Shown piece by piece: positions 1-14,140 of a stretch of DNA of 64,000 nucleotides. The number at the start of each line of letters is the position of its first letter. The first letter of the stretch is position 1. The notes beneath the pieces were generated by a model that did not search any database, was not told the DNA's origin, and was given only the letters and a program-made list of their open reading frames with translations. This DNA is from the human T2T-CHM13v2.0 reference genome, Homo sapiens. Made by a program: the position numbers and the translations under genes. The stretch is from the NCBI RefSeq assembly GCF_009914755.1, contig NC_060928.1, one strand, 5' to 3'.

Positions 1-18
1 CCTCTCTCCAGAAGAATA

Positions 19-120
19 GCTCCAAGAAGGGCACAGCACCATCCACCTTGCAAACTGTGGAGTCCTGGGCTCCAAGAAGGGCACAGCACCGTCTACCTTG
101 CAAACTGTGGAGTCCTGGGC
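19..120. repeat. 50-bp tandem duplication (2 copies, 2 mismatches)
   Basis: gctccaagaagggcacagcacc(a/g)tc(c/t)accttgcaaactgtggagtcctgg at 19 and 69. Confidence 0.95.
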
Positions 121-3100
121 ACCTAGAGCAGGTTCTGGCATTCTAGAGGCGGTCAATAAACGTCAACTACCAGATGAATGAATGCATGGAAGGGCATTCA
201 CCCAAGCCTTCTTTCACCCTCTCAAATCTTGCCTCTGTGAAATTTTCCGAAAGTTTTGCTTTCAAAGGCCACTCGTGATTTCTCCAAAGCCTTTTTCCTT
301 CCAGGACCTACAGCAGGACTTGCAGCTGCTGACCTGCGGCCCCTGGAGCAGGCACACTTGCCACTCTTCTCCCTCCCACTCTCATTTCCCCACAACCTCC
401 TCCTAGGGTTCTAGACTAGTCCAATACACGACTTCTCCCTGTGGTCATGGACCCATCAAGGATCACCAGAATGGAGAGCTTCATTCTGCTCCCTCTGGAG
501 TTATTATTAATCCTTTTGGGTATCAGAGATCCCTATGAAAAATGTAAAAGTGGTTAAATTCCCTCAGTGATCCTTCCAAAAAGATTCAGAGGGAATTTTT
601 TTTTAATCACAAAACATTGCATGTAATAGTTAACAAAACTGAGTTTTTCAGCTGTTTTTCAATAGCTACAAAACAGTAAGATTGCTACTTCATTAAATCC
701 ACCGAGCCAACACACAGGCATTACATAATTCACTTATCCAAATAATTGAATAAGTAAATTAACAGTTTAAATAGAACTATAAACATATGCTTACCTACTG
801 AATAAAATAAGCCAGGATTTTTCTTGTTTACTGTATTTAAGAATGTATTAAATCTGTAAGAAATTCTTCATTACATAGGAGTCTTAACTGCCAACTCAGG
901 TCATTATGAACTATGGGTATTTGACAATATTAAACTACATTCTCTTGTTGTTTAATCGTCTCATCTAGACTGAATCTCCTCTCCAATTATAACTATATCC
1001 AATCCCAGATGAAGGTCTCACGGCACAGTTATAGGAGTGCTTCCGTGCTGGACCCTGGGAAGGGGATGCTTTAGAAGGGCCAGGACAGTATCTGCGAGGG
1101 GCTGAAGGTACTCTTGCAGATTTCCTGTCGGCTCTCGTAGGAGACGTAGGACCATGAACTGTGCTCCTCCCCGGGATGCACCTGCCTCCGCCCGAACACT
1201 GCCATGCACAGAAAATGGAACTGACGCTCGGCCCATTTTCAACAGAATGAAACAGCTACCACATTTCTTTAGGACACTTTAAATAATTACCATGTATTTT
1301 CTAAAGCAACTAACATTCCTCTCACAAGTGAATGACTGGATGTTAATCACTAACTTGGGGGATAAGAGGGAAAAAACAACCCCAAACTCCCTTTACCCCA
1401 CCAGTATTAACGCAGCACAGTGAAACACTTTCAGACACGTAATACAAACAGGGTAACAATTGTTTTAATTTAACAAATTTAAACAAAAACGGTCACCTCT
1501 GGATAGGGCGTAACATATTAAACAGAGGAGGCGTGGTTTTCATTTGCTACTCTGTTTAGTTTTGACTAACTGGAAATGCTCATCTCTTCTTATTTCGGCA
1601 ACTCCTTTTATGCCACAACCAAGTCATGAATTCAGGAAGGAAGCAGGCAAGTCTGATTTGTGCATGAAACATTATCTAAAGGGAAGAAAGTCAGCCAGTG
1701 CCCTCGCTAATCCCTTGGGCAAGAAAGGTAAAGTATACAGCCACAGTCTCAAAGCCAGAGTGACACAGGAGTAACCAGGAGCGCACATTCCTGCCTTATC
1801 TGGCGTTACTTTGATTCACCTCACCTTTCTTTCATGACAGGAAGGGCACTCCAAGGGCATTACACTGAGATCAAACAAAGCATTCCAGAAAGGCAAAGGC
1901 TCTTCTCACAGGGAAAGGAAGAATAAGTCTTACATTTCATGAATGAATAAGCTGTAACGAAACATTTCTATATCCTTAAATAAAATGTCCAATAGCTGAT
2001 AGGATACGGAACCGTAGAGAACGTTAAACCACCACCACAATAAGAGCAACTTAGCCAAACCCCTCTATTTTTCAGTAACACCATAAAATATATGAAGGTT
2101 AAAAATTCCTATCTCAAATGAAACATCTTCACTAAGATTTTCTAAAATTCACAGCAGAGTTTCTAACCAGCATATGTGGCCTGGGGTTGCTTTAGTGTTT
2201 CTGATTATATTCCTTAGGTAAGGATTACGCAGTCAGTATTTTTTGACTCTGGTTAACTTTTCCTTTGACTGCATCTCAGAGGTTCCTTTAACTTTTCAAA
2301 GCACTTAACCAGTGGTTATTTTCAACCTGCATAATGCTTTCTACATATGGTATTCTACAATTAAAACATAACTCTGATTTCTATAAAACCAACATACATT
2401 TGGTTACTGTAAAAGACAGTCAAGACATCTGTAAGAGACTCGTATTCCCTTCAACTGAGGTGAGCATTGCTCTCTCTACTAAAAAAGAGAATACTGGCAG
2501 GTCCTGAGCTTTGCTCTATCTGGTAGGTTGCATTTGTAGATGAGTCCGTCTCTAAGCAGCCAGCAAGCTGTAAGCACACCGGTTGTGAGAATCTGTATAA
2601 GGAAATCTACTTCCCTCAGTTAAACTCTCTACACCAAAGTAAATTCATCAACCTCAGATTCCTACTCTAAATTCTTGGACTCTGACTCACTTATGACAAT
2701 CCTGGAAGCTGGAACTCAAATATCTATGGGCAGTCAGCAAATAAAGGCCTGAAGAGCTGTAATCAACCAACTGTTCCATTAAAACAGACAACTACTGTCT
2801 GGTTTAGAAAAATAATGGATTTCTTACTTCCAGATGATTAAAGATGCATTCATTTGGTACTGCTGCCTTTAGAAGAGTTCCCCATGGTGCAGGAAGGCAG
2901 AAAGTTTGTGCACCATAATTATTTGAGAATTTTCACCCCCCCCCCGACATTCTGAAGAAAACATGTAGCGATTTTTTTCCTGCATTCTTCCTCCACATTC
3001 ATCATTTTATTGGTAAATCAGACTCTATATTGCAGTTTTTATGAGATACCAGAATTATGTAAGTATGCAACACTAAGCTAATGAAGAATAAAATATGTGT

Positions 3101-4231
3101 CAATTTTTGAATGAGTGTTCTTTTTTCCAAGGGCTCAATGAAAGCATCTTGGCATAATTAAATCAATATACTAATCTCAACATCTGGGCCTGCTCTGTTG
3201 AAATGCAACCCTCTGCCTCAATACAAATCTCATTTTAATATTTAATTATTGAATCTATTGCCTAAAGTCAGCAACTTTAAACTGGTTTGCTTAGCGCTGT
3301 TTTTTTTAAGCTGTTCTTTTCCCAACTGCATTGTGAACAGAACCCTGTGCCTTTTATCCGCCTCATACTCTTTTCCAAGTTCTTAACATGAATTAATAGC
3401 TGCCAAGGAACTGCTTATTGCCTAGTATCACATCCTTGATAATGTGTTCTCAGATGATCCCATGAAACAGTCTATCTGTTTGGATCCAATCACTACACTG
3501 CTGATTATACACTATGGACACAGGTGAGTGAATTAACTCATAGGGATACTTGGGAAGGAAAAGAGAACTTATATTCTTGATTTCAACAGCAAAATTACAT
3601 TTTTAAATTTAATTTGACAAGCCTGATAGCAGCGAAAACGAAAAATTCAACTACTTCTGATTTTACGAAGTAGCATCTGGCCAATGAAATGAAGAGTGAA
3701 AGCATATTTTACAGTCTGTCCATCCCTCATTAGCCTTTATCTGGCATACAAGAGACGCTTTTTAAACAATTAATTAATGTGAAGAAATAAGCCTCAATAT
3801 GCACTGGGGACAAAGATCGAGAAAAGGTAAGTTAAATCAGAGAATATGATCCCAAAAAGTTGGGTTATAAAAATCAGAATTTTTAAACACACAACCAGAA
3901 CCACAGCCACAAAACTAACAACCACTGTTTCAATTATGATAGTTCCCTGACTGAATTAGTATTTTCCACTCATAAATCTGCCATCATTTTGATTTCTGTT
4001 TCTAAATCCAAATATTCAGTGGCAGCAAGAATGCAGAGAAATGGGCACTCACAAACTGCTGATGGGATGTCTAGTTCTCATAAAAACAAACAAACAAAAA
4101 AAAAGAACAGCTTTTAAAAATTTCATTACCTTTCACCCAGCAATTTCACTTCCTGTTATTTACGCTAAGGCAACAGAGATACACACAAACAAGGAACTTA
4201 CATATTCAAAAATTGAGTATTACTATACAAA

Positions 4232-4432
4232 CAGGATGAGTGTCCCAAATCAAAAAATCTGAAATGCTGCAAAATCTGAAACTTTGGAGCACCAACATGG
4301 TGCGCTGGGCATTGTGGATTTCAGATTTCTGGATGTGGGATGTCAACTGGTATAACGCGTATATCTCAAAATCCAAATAAATCCAAAACACTTCTAGTCC
4401 CAAGTATTTCAGATAAAGATGCTCAACTTCTA
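4232..4432. mobile_element. Tigger4/MER46-like DNA transposon MITE
   Basis: Degenerate terminal inverted repeats caggatgagtgtccc ... gatgctcaact and repeated aaatc motifs typical of the family. Confidence 0.7.
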
Positions 4433-7112
4433 TTAGTCTGTCTCTGTGCTGGCACTCTATATTCTAAAAATCACATTCTTTAAGAATACCTACCAACCAG
4501 AAAATGTTCTGGATATAGCAGAAGGCAGTCAACAAAACTACACGTTCAGTAAATGTTTTCTGTTCATCATTTTTACAAATCCCGCACCTGGCACTGGAAA
4601 GGCATCTTTGTGCAGGTACATATGAGTTAGGGGAAAAGTTCACCAGGGTTCTAGGTAGTAAAATTTTAGTCATGTTTTCTCCTTTCCAGTAGTTTACATT
4701 TTCCCAGGCTTCTACAATGACTATATACTGCCTTTTTATTGGAAATAAAGATCATTTTTTTAATGAGGGGAGTTCGCTAATTCTGTCCAAATGCTATGGA
4801 GACTCAAAGCTGAAAAAAAAAAAAAAAAAAAGCCAACACTATGTAATCATTTCCAAATTCCCTTTTCATGACCTTAAATGGGACTTCTAAAGCTAAGCAG
4901 ATGCCCCAGCAGGAAATAAATTTGCAACTCAACAGAGGCACCCACAGAGATATGGCAAGATGCACCTTCGGTGGCTTTGGCAATAATTTCCTTTCATTAT
5001 GTGTGAAGGAATCTTCACTCTCCAGTGCTTCTCAAGTCAAAGAGAAGCCTGTAGAAGTTAATAGGTCCTTAATATGTATCTGCTCCCTGAACTGATTCCT
5101 GTTCATAAGGTAATCGCGGACCCCATGTGGTCCTTTCACAGGGGCTTCGGCAAATCCCCTGCAGTGAGATGGCCCCTGGGCAGCTCTGTTTTCTGCAGAC
5201 CAGGCTGTGACCTAATCAATAGGGTTCCAAGCAAGACAATCCCTACATTCAACAGCTCGGAAGAAATGAAGGGGGACGCAATTCAAGCTTTATTGACGAA
5301 TTCCATTTACCTGTCACAATGATGGTTCACCCAGCAAGAGTACCCCCCGCCCCCCCAAAAAAAACACACACCCTTCAGCTGCTACAGTAGACTTTCCAGC
5401 CAGCAGCCGGCACAAAATAAACATATTTACTTAAGCTTCAGTCACAACTCTTGACGTGAAACTGATGAAGCCCAAATGAAACAGGTGTATCTGTGAGATA
5501 CAAAGGCAGCAGCCACAATGTGGCAGGGTAGGTTTTCATAACCTGTATTCGTTTAAACCCAAGGACACAAAAAGTACCGCAATAAATATAAAGCAGAAAA
5601 TCACCCCAGCATGCAGATCCCAAAATTTACATGGAAAATTCCATAAACCTGAAAATGACCTTTTTAACTCTGAAAAGAATAAACAGGCCATTGAAACAAC
5701 AGAAAGGTCAAGTTTACAGAAAGCAACTACTTTTCAAAAAGAAGTGTGAAAAGCATGGGTTTTGAATTAATTATACATGTTAGCAATTGTGGAAGCCCAC
5801 AGAAACTTTACAGTTAATGAATAAAGATTTCACTTCACTTGGAAATGATGGACCTGGTCTAAATAAATCTTTTGGAAAATCACTCTGTAAAAATATCACT
5901 TTAAGATGTCATATACTTTCACATAAAGAAGATTTGTATCTTGTACGTCAAATCAAATTAGAATTATGCTACAAATCCAAATTATGCCCCCCAAAAAGCT
6001 ATTTAAATGAGGGAACTTCAATAACAAATGTTTATCCTCAAAAAGACACATGATTTACTCGGAATTTTACAAAAGCTATCACTGGACATTTTTTTTCTTT
6101 TTGCATTCACATCCAATGACCCATCATGGACAATTTTTAATTGAAAACAAAGTCTGATTTTAAATTAACTTCTGGGCTGTTTTTCCACACTCATTAACCA
6201 AAGCGAGAGAGAGTCCAAGTCAAAAGACTCCAAAATGAGCTCACACACTCGCTTAACATCACAAGAATTGCTTCACTGTAATATTTTTAAAGCCATGCCA
6301 GGATCTAGGCCACCAGCCTCTTCAACAAATAAATTTTCAGCAACACCAGTGTAATAGGCTTTTAACATCCTCATTGAATGTCCTTAGCCCAGGGTATCTG
6401 GCACCCACCCACACCAGGCTAATTCAACAGGCAGAACTACTTAACTCTTCCACTTCCTTTCCCACAAGGGCATGCACACCCGCCACACGACTCGACTCCG
6501 CACACCACCTCACCTGGGCGATCAAGCCTTGCTTTGTTGGTGGTGATCTCTTAATATCCAGAGGAAAATTAACACACCATGTGACTCTTTAAAAAGACTA
6601 CCGCACTCACAAGCCCATTAGAAGATCTCATACCTACTTTTTCCCATCACCCAAATGAAGGGAAAGAGTAACTTTCCTATCATTTTTTCTCAGGTTTTAG
6701 TAGCCCCTTCCTCAGTTACTATTCAATTACATTTTCCCTATCCCTATAGGATAGCTACAAATAAACAAAAAACATGTTACTGCATTGCGTTACAGAAAAG
6801 TGTAGTAGAATTCAAAGCTGTATTTCTCTAAAAAGAAACATTTTAAAAAGAAGAGCAAACACTTGAGACTACAGAGATAAATTATACTTGTTAGGCATGA
6901 AGCCGTTATCTCAAGTTTACTATTCATTAGAATGCTGGTAATCTTAGGACAGTTGAGGAAGTAAAAACAATCAGAAACAAAACCATTCCCACCAACCCCA
7001 AAAGATTCCAGCATAGGTAATTTGCAAAAAAATTATAACCAAAGTGAATGATCAGAGACGTAGCTCTAGGTCACTTATTTCGTGTACGTCATTCACAGAA
7101 GAAAATCTAATA

Positions 7113-7396
7113 GCCTGCACGGTGGCTCACGTCTGTAATCCCAGCACCTGGAGGCCGAGGCAGGCAGATCATCTGAGGTCCAGAGTTGGTGACCAGCCTA
7201 ACCAACATGGTAAAACTCCGTCTCTAATAAAAATACAAAAATTTAGCTAGGTGTGGTGGCTCACACCTGTAATCCCAGCTACTTGGGAGACTGAGGTAGG
7301 AGAATCACTTGAACCCAGGAGTTGCAGTGAGCAGAGATCACGCTACTGCACTCCAGCCTGGGCGACAGAGTGAGACTCTGCCTCAAAAAAAAAAAA
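7113..7396 (+). mobile_element. AluS
   Basis: Alu dimer, A-tail, TSD-like aaaatcta(a/g)ta. Confidence 0.95.
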
Positions 7397-7467
7397 TCTA
7401 GTAGCCCACTATCCAAATTTAAAGTCACAAATATCTTTAAGGCAGTTGAACTCTACATAAGTCTCTA

Positions 7468-7728
7468 AACTTGCATTTGAAATGGGGCTAGTCGAAACTG
7501 AAATTTGCTGTAAGGGTGGAATATACACTGATTTAAAGACTTCATAGGAAAAAATGAATGTTAAAGGTCTCATTAATACTTACGCTAATCACATGCTGTA
7601 ATTGTACTTTTTGATATGTTGGACTAAATAAAATATATTATTAAAATTTCATCTGTTATATTCTTTTTTATTGTGGCTACTAAAATATATAAAATTACAA
7701 ATAAAGACAGTACTATTGGGCAGTGCTG
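7468..7728 (-). mobile_element. MER33/Charlie1-like hAT element
   Basis: Ends in tattgggcagtgctg; AT-rich body resembles the recalled MER33 consensus. Confidence 0.65.
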
Positions 7729-8196
7729 CTTTTGACCTGTTATACTAATTCATTTGATTTAAAAAATAACGAGTAACGGTAAAAAGTGGCAGAATTTGCA
7801 CAATTTTGTTAATATAAATTGTAAAAATCAGTTCACCTTTCACATATGAGCACCTGTATCTAAAAACAGTAAACTTTGGAATATTTCTAATAAGTGGTTT
7901 CATGGTCTACTCTGGGACATGAATCACTGTTGTGTTTTGTTTTAGCTTATACAGAGTACACCGTGCTGATTAGGTGCCTCTAGTGCAGATTCATCTCTAA
8001 CACCAAAAGAAACAATTTAAGACTTTTATTCTCTTCGCTAACATGATCTTCTATATACTATATCCAAGACTTACTGTTTATGAGAATATCACATTTTAAG
8101 TCACCATCTCTACATTAGGTTTCTAACAAAGTTTGTCAACTAACTTGTTACAGAATCTTCATTTCATTTCATGAGAAAATTTTTTGTTAGAAACAA

Positions 8197-8531
8197 GGCC
8201 ACTGAGCCAGGCGTGACAGGCATGTTGGCTCACATCTGTAATGTCAGCGCTTTGGGAGGCCAAGGTAGTAGGATGGATCACTTGAGCTGAGGAGTTCGAG
8301 ACCAGCCTGGGCAACATAGCAAGACCCCACCTCTGCAAAAAAAGTAAAAAAAATTAGCCGGGCATGGTGGCATATGCCTGTAGTCCCAGCTACTCAGGAG
8401 GCTGTGGTGGGAGGATTGCTTGAGCCCCGGAGTTCAAGGCTGCAGTAAGCCCTGATTGTGCCACTGTACTCCAGTCTGAGAAAGTGAGATCCCATCTCTA
8501 AATAAAAACAAAATAAAATATTAAAAAAAAC
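8197..8531 (+). mobile_element. AluJ
   Basis: Old Alu features (ggaggattgcttgagcc, aaggctgcagt); TSD agaaacaag. Confidence 0.92.
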
Positions 8532-8954
8532 AGAAACAAGACGATTCGTTCTGACATTTAATGATCACTGAACCTTTCTACAAGCAGTAAACAATAAACA
8601 TGTATGCTTTACTGTGGCTACTATTTTTTTTTACCTATAATAATGATTATTTTTATGTGGTTCTTTTTCTAATCTCTTTGAGGAGAAGAATGGCAGCTGG
8701 GACTTACTACTTCTCTAAAAATCTCTGTTAAAGAAGGCCACAAGTTTGTTTTTCTTCCCCCCCATGTATATGTCAATGTGTTCAAAGACATCCACTCCCA
8801 AAATTTCCAAACAGAAATAATGTCAAAATGCTTAGTGAGTCAATACAGTTACACGTTTCTATTTCAAATCCTAAGATTTCTATTTCAACTTACCACAGAG
8901 CACTTTCCTATTAACTGTTGCACATACGTCCCGTAACAAACAACTCTAATATAA

Positions 8955-9282
<328 letters not shown>

Positions 9283-10089
9283 ATCTTAGGTTATTTTTAA
9301 AACTTTTCCATTTAAGCTGAAACTTAAGCAGAGATGTCAGAGGGCTGCATGAAACCTAAAGATACCAAATCAACACTCCTATATTCTCTCCTCATTTCGG
9401 TGTCTATTTCCACGCCCCCCAGTCTTCCATGGACTTCCAATTCCATTTCCCCAAGTATTCCATTCTCTACGGGACAGCAATAAATCAATGAGATAGTTTG
9501 TGACAAATTAATTAGCAGGAAGTGGTGCTAATGAGAAAAACGAACATCTGCAGGCCAAAGTCTATCGTGAAGAACCCCTTGCTGCCCTTTACCAGACACT
9601 CCATCTCTCCGCCTTTCACTTTAGAAACACGATAACTGGAATTCTCCAATTCCTTTGGGGGTAAGAAACTTCAGAGATCTTTGTGATAGAAAATGAAGTA
9701 GGAAGACGATGGAGGAGCATTGCTTTGGTATCTTCAGACTTCAAGCATCCCCCTGGTATCTCTGCTTACGTTCTAGTTTAAATGGAAATGTGCTAAAAAT
9801 AACTTGAAGATATACTGTAATGCCATTACATGTTTGAACAGTATGACAAACTTAAAGTATCGTTATGTAAGACAGAAAAGTTTTAAGACCATATTGATAT
9901 TTTCACAATTTTCACAAGCCTTTATATAGTAATGCACATTTAACATTCAGAAGGGATTCCCTCAAAGGGAAACGCAATTGGGTAAAAGTGCCTCTGGAAG
10001 TAGGAACATGAACACAGTACTCGGCAGCTCCTCTCAGCAAGGTTAGCCTACCTCCCTACCTGTGGCTGGATGAACGAACTGTGTCACAG

Positions 10090-10455
10090 CACGTGGGAGA
10101 TGACAGTGGAGGAGTTCTGAGCCTTGGCCCAGCGGATTTGCTGCTTTCCTCGAGCACCCAGAACCCCGAGACCACCATGTAAACGGGTCCAGGACAGGCT
10201 GCGGGATGATCACAGACACAGGGCCTAGGAGCTGCTGCCTGCAGCGAACACCCAGCCACCTCCTGGGAGCAGGGCCCTCGAGCTCAACAGCAACTGATCA
10301 AACATGAGTCAGCCCGTGGAAAACAGCCAAGGAAACACCCAGCTGAGCCCAGCCCAAATCGCCCACCCACAGAACGGTGACCCAAATGAGTGGAGGCTGT
10401 TCTAAGCTATGAGGTTTTGGGATGGTTTGTTTCCCAACAAAAGGCTAAATGCCAT
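10090..10455 (+). mobile_element. MLT1-family (ERVL-MaLR) LTR remnant
   Basis: 3' end cccagctgagcccagcccaaat...gttttgggatggtttgtt. Confidence 0.65.
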
Positions 10456-10563
10456 TCTCTGTAATTTCCTTCACAATACTTAATATTGGCCCAAAGACAA
10501 TAAAACGTTTCAGTTCAGCTCTGGATTTGCCTACACTTATTCCACTTGAGTTTCTCATGTATT

Positions 10564-10974
10564 TCATCTAACCTAACAGCCATCTCCACATTCCTCACAA
10601 GATTCAACCTCTCCCAGACTCAACCTGCCTCTCATCTAACCCAACCACCATCTCCCCACTCTTCACAACACTCAACCTCTCCCAAACTCAACCTGCCTCT
10701 CATCTACTAATCCAACCACCATCTTCCTATTTCTCACAAAACTCAACATCTCACAAGCTCGACCTGCCTCTCATCTAACCCATCCACCATCTTCCTATTT
10801 CTCACAACACTCAACCTCTCCCAGACTCAACCTGCCTCTCATCTACTAATCCAACCACCATCTTCCTATTTCTAACGAAACTCAACATCTCCCAAACTCA
10901 ACCTGCCTCTCACCTAACCTAACCACCATCTCCCCATTTCTCATAACGCTCAACCTCTCTCAAATGCAACTTGC
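10564..10974. repeat. Minisatellite, 6 units of 68/71 bp
   Basis: Units start at 10564, 10632, 10700, 10771, 10839 and 10910; motif tcatctaacc...ctcaacctgcctc. Confidence 0.93.
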
Positions 10975-11379
10975 TATGAACAGATTTCTACTCAAATACA
11001 CAGTGAACAACTTCCACAACGGTTTCCTTTCCTTCCTTTAATCATCCTAAAGAGTTACTTTTAAATAGAATAATGAAGTTAACTGAACTAGCTACTGATA
11101 ATTTTCTATTTATATGAGTGGAAGGTTTAGAATCAGAGTTCCTAAGTAGCAAGAAGAGTTGACAAAGAACAAATGAGTTTTTAAAAAACTTTTACTTAGA
11201 TGTAGTTACTAAAATAAGAAAACTACTTTTAGTTTACATACATATTATTTTTCTTAAAAGAGTCTGGTAACTAACTAAATTTCCCCCCATTATTCAACCA
11301 CCCTTTAAAAGAAAGTGTTTGGTTTTAAGTAAATTGCACCTCTCCACAGAAGTAACCAAGACACTTAAAATACAAAACA

Positions 11380-11780
<401 letters not shown>

Positions 11781-12456
11781 CTATTTTCTTAAGTTTTAAG
11801 AAATTCATCAATAATGATACTAACAAAAATAGATCCTACTAATCTGAACGTTTTTTAGAGTTCAAGTTTTTGCTGAATAATGTGCAATGGCAATGGATAC
11901 TCATCTTTTATACTTAAAACAAAAGAAATACTTTTCAATCCAGAGGATGATACAGGCAATAGCACTACTCTACAGCCCAAGGACACAACACGTAACTCAG
12001 GTATATTCACCTGGAAGGCCAGCCTCAGAATCTAGATACTCAATCTCACAAAGGAGGCTGCTCCTAGGTAAGCAAAGCAGAAACAAAGAGGAACCCGCAT
12101 TGCTACTAAACTGCTTTGTTGTTCTTATTCTTGTAATTTTGGAAGGTATGGGAGACAGGGTGTCTCAAGTGGAAGAGCAGCCTTAACTATATTAAAAAGG
12201 ACAAATTTAAAAGGGCTTTCTCAACAATAGTTATTTAGATAAGCGTTTCCCTTTAGTATTTTGTTACAATCTATTTCCATTTTAAATTTTACGCATTCAA
12301 CCAGTATTGGCTGGATGCCTAGATGCCAGTCAGTTCCTAAGTAAGTGATACAGACACGGACAGAGTCCAGTTTCAGCCTTATATTCTGGTGGAAGTCAAA
12401 TGACAAAAGCAGATTTTTTAAACATGCTAAAATAATTTTTAATATGTATTATATAT

Positions 12457-12460
<4 letters not shown>

Positions 12461-12506
<46 letters not shown>
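12461..12506. repeat. (CA)23 microsatellite at an Alu tail
   Basis: Uninterrupted CA run. Confidence 0.97.
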
Positions 12507-12507
<1 letters not shown>

Positions 12508-12793
12508 TTTTGAGACGGAGTTTCACTCTTGTCCCCCAGGCTGAAGGGCAGTGGCACAATCTCGACTCACTGCAACCTCCAGCTCCCAGATTCAAGCAAT
12601 TCTCCTGCCTCAGCCTCTGGAGCAGCTGAGACTACAGGTGTGCGCCACTAGGCCCAGCTAATTTTGTATTTTTAGTAGAGACAGGGTTTCACCATGTTGG
12701 CCAGGCTGATCTTGAACTCCTGACCTCAGATGATCCGCCCGCCTTCACCTCCCAAAGTGTTGGGATTACAGGCGGGAGCCACAGCGCCCGGCC
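12506..12793 (-). mobile_element. AluS
   Basis: Reverse Alu whose tail is replaced by (CA)n. Confidence 0.95.
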
Positions 12794-13443
12794 ATAGGCC
12801 CTAGAACACTTATTTTAAAAATTACTGACCTTAAACTCTAATCTTGATACTTTGTAGATATGAAACTTCGTGTGACTTCTTTCTGAAATCAACATTCTGC
12901 CAATTAAAACCACATATGGATATTACTCATGTTCATACTTTCCTAATCAGTTTCCATCTTCTAAATGAGCTTGCCACACTATTAAGAAAAAGCACTTCCT
13001 TTTAAAATTTTTTAGATCCTTAAAAAATAACTGATTTCCATTTTGTTGCCTCAACCAACAGACTAACTTGGTATTTACATGACAAACCCGCCTTTTTTCA
13101 CTTAAATATGTAAACACCTTCAGCTGGGCAACAAATCGAAAGAAGAGGATCATGGGACAAACATGCACAGGATCTATGAAAAGATGAACACCCCCTGAGC
13201 AGGCAGCTACTCGGTACCAGCCCTGTGCCAAGCACTGTGATAAGAGGAACACGGACGTCTGAGACAGAGTAATGTCAAGCAGCCCTAAGAATAAAGAGGC
13301 AAGTAAAAAAATTAATAGAAAGCTAAAAGCAAACCAGGACCCACAAATGCATTTTGGAGAATCTTTTAACTAAGAACTTATGGCAGGGCTATTTTCCATA
13401 GAGGTCAAAGAACATACGGCAAGTCCATTTAAATAAAAATTCT

Positions 13444-13762
13444 GGACTGGGCACAGTGGCTCACGCCTGTAATTCCAACACTTTGGGAAGCCAAGGTGGG
13501 CAGATCACTTGAGATCAGGAGTTCGAGACCAGCCTGGCCAACACAGCAAAAACTCGTCTCTAGTAAAAACAGAAAAATTAGCTGGGTGTGGTGGTGCACA
13601 CCTGTAATCCCAGCTACTTGGGAGGCTGAGGCAGGAGAATCACTTCAACTTGGAGGTGCAGGCTGCAGCAGGCAGAGATTGAGCCACTGCAACTCGACTC
13701 TGGCCTTGGCAACAAAGCAAGACTCTGTCTTAGAAAATAATTAATTAATTAATTAATTAATT
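13444..13762 (+). mobile_element. Alu (S/J) with (TAAT)n tail
   Basis: Alu dimer followed by aattaattaatt... Confidence 0.93.
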
Positions 13763-13930
13763 CTGTCTGCCAAGGGAGCTAACTTTATCATTAGAGGCCT
13801 GAGTTTCCTGACAGATTGCCTTAATAAGTAAAGGAATACTAGTGGTGTGGCATTAAGGGTTTTCCATGGTGAGCTGGCAAAACTAAAGACCAAAGCCTGG
13901 CCTAGAAAGCTGCTTAACTTAAACGAGGTA

Positions 13931-14140
13931 TCAATGACCCTTGGACAACACGAGTTTGAACTGCACAGGCCCATTTACACATGAACTCTTTTCAACTGAA
14001 GGCAAATCAAAAACACAGTACTCACAGCACGCGAAAGCGCAGCGTCTGTGGAGGGCCGGCTGCGGGACCTCAGAACGCACAGATGTGGGTGTGCGCGGAC
14101 GGTCCAGAAACCGATCCCCATGCTCTCCGAGGGATGATGC
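13931..14140 (+). mobile_element. MER8 (Tigger2-derived MITE)
   Basis: Start tgacccttggacaacacgagtttgaactgc; end ccgagggatgatg. Confidence 0.7.

Noticed and set aside
2200-3835. Strong plus-strand donors (TAG|GTAAGG ~2218, GAG|GTGAGC ~2459, CAG|GTGAGT ~3523, AAG|GTAAGT ~3826)
   Set aside because: No coherent exon chain; they show such motifs arise by chance, which also tempers the splice-based findings above
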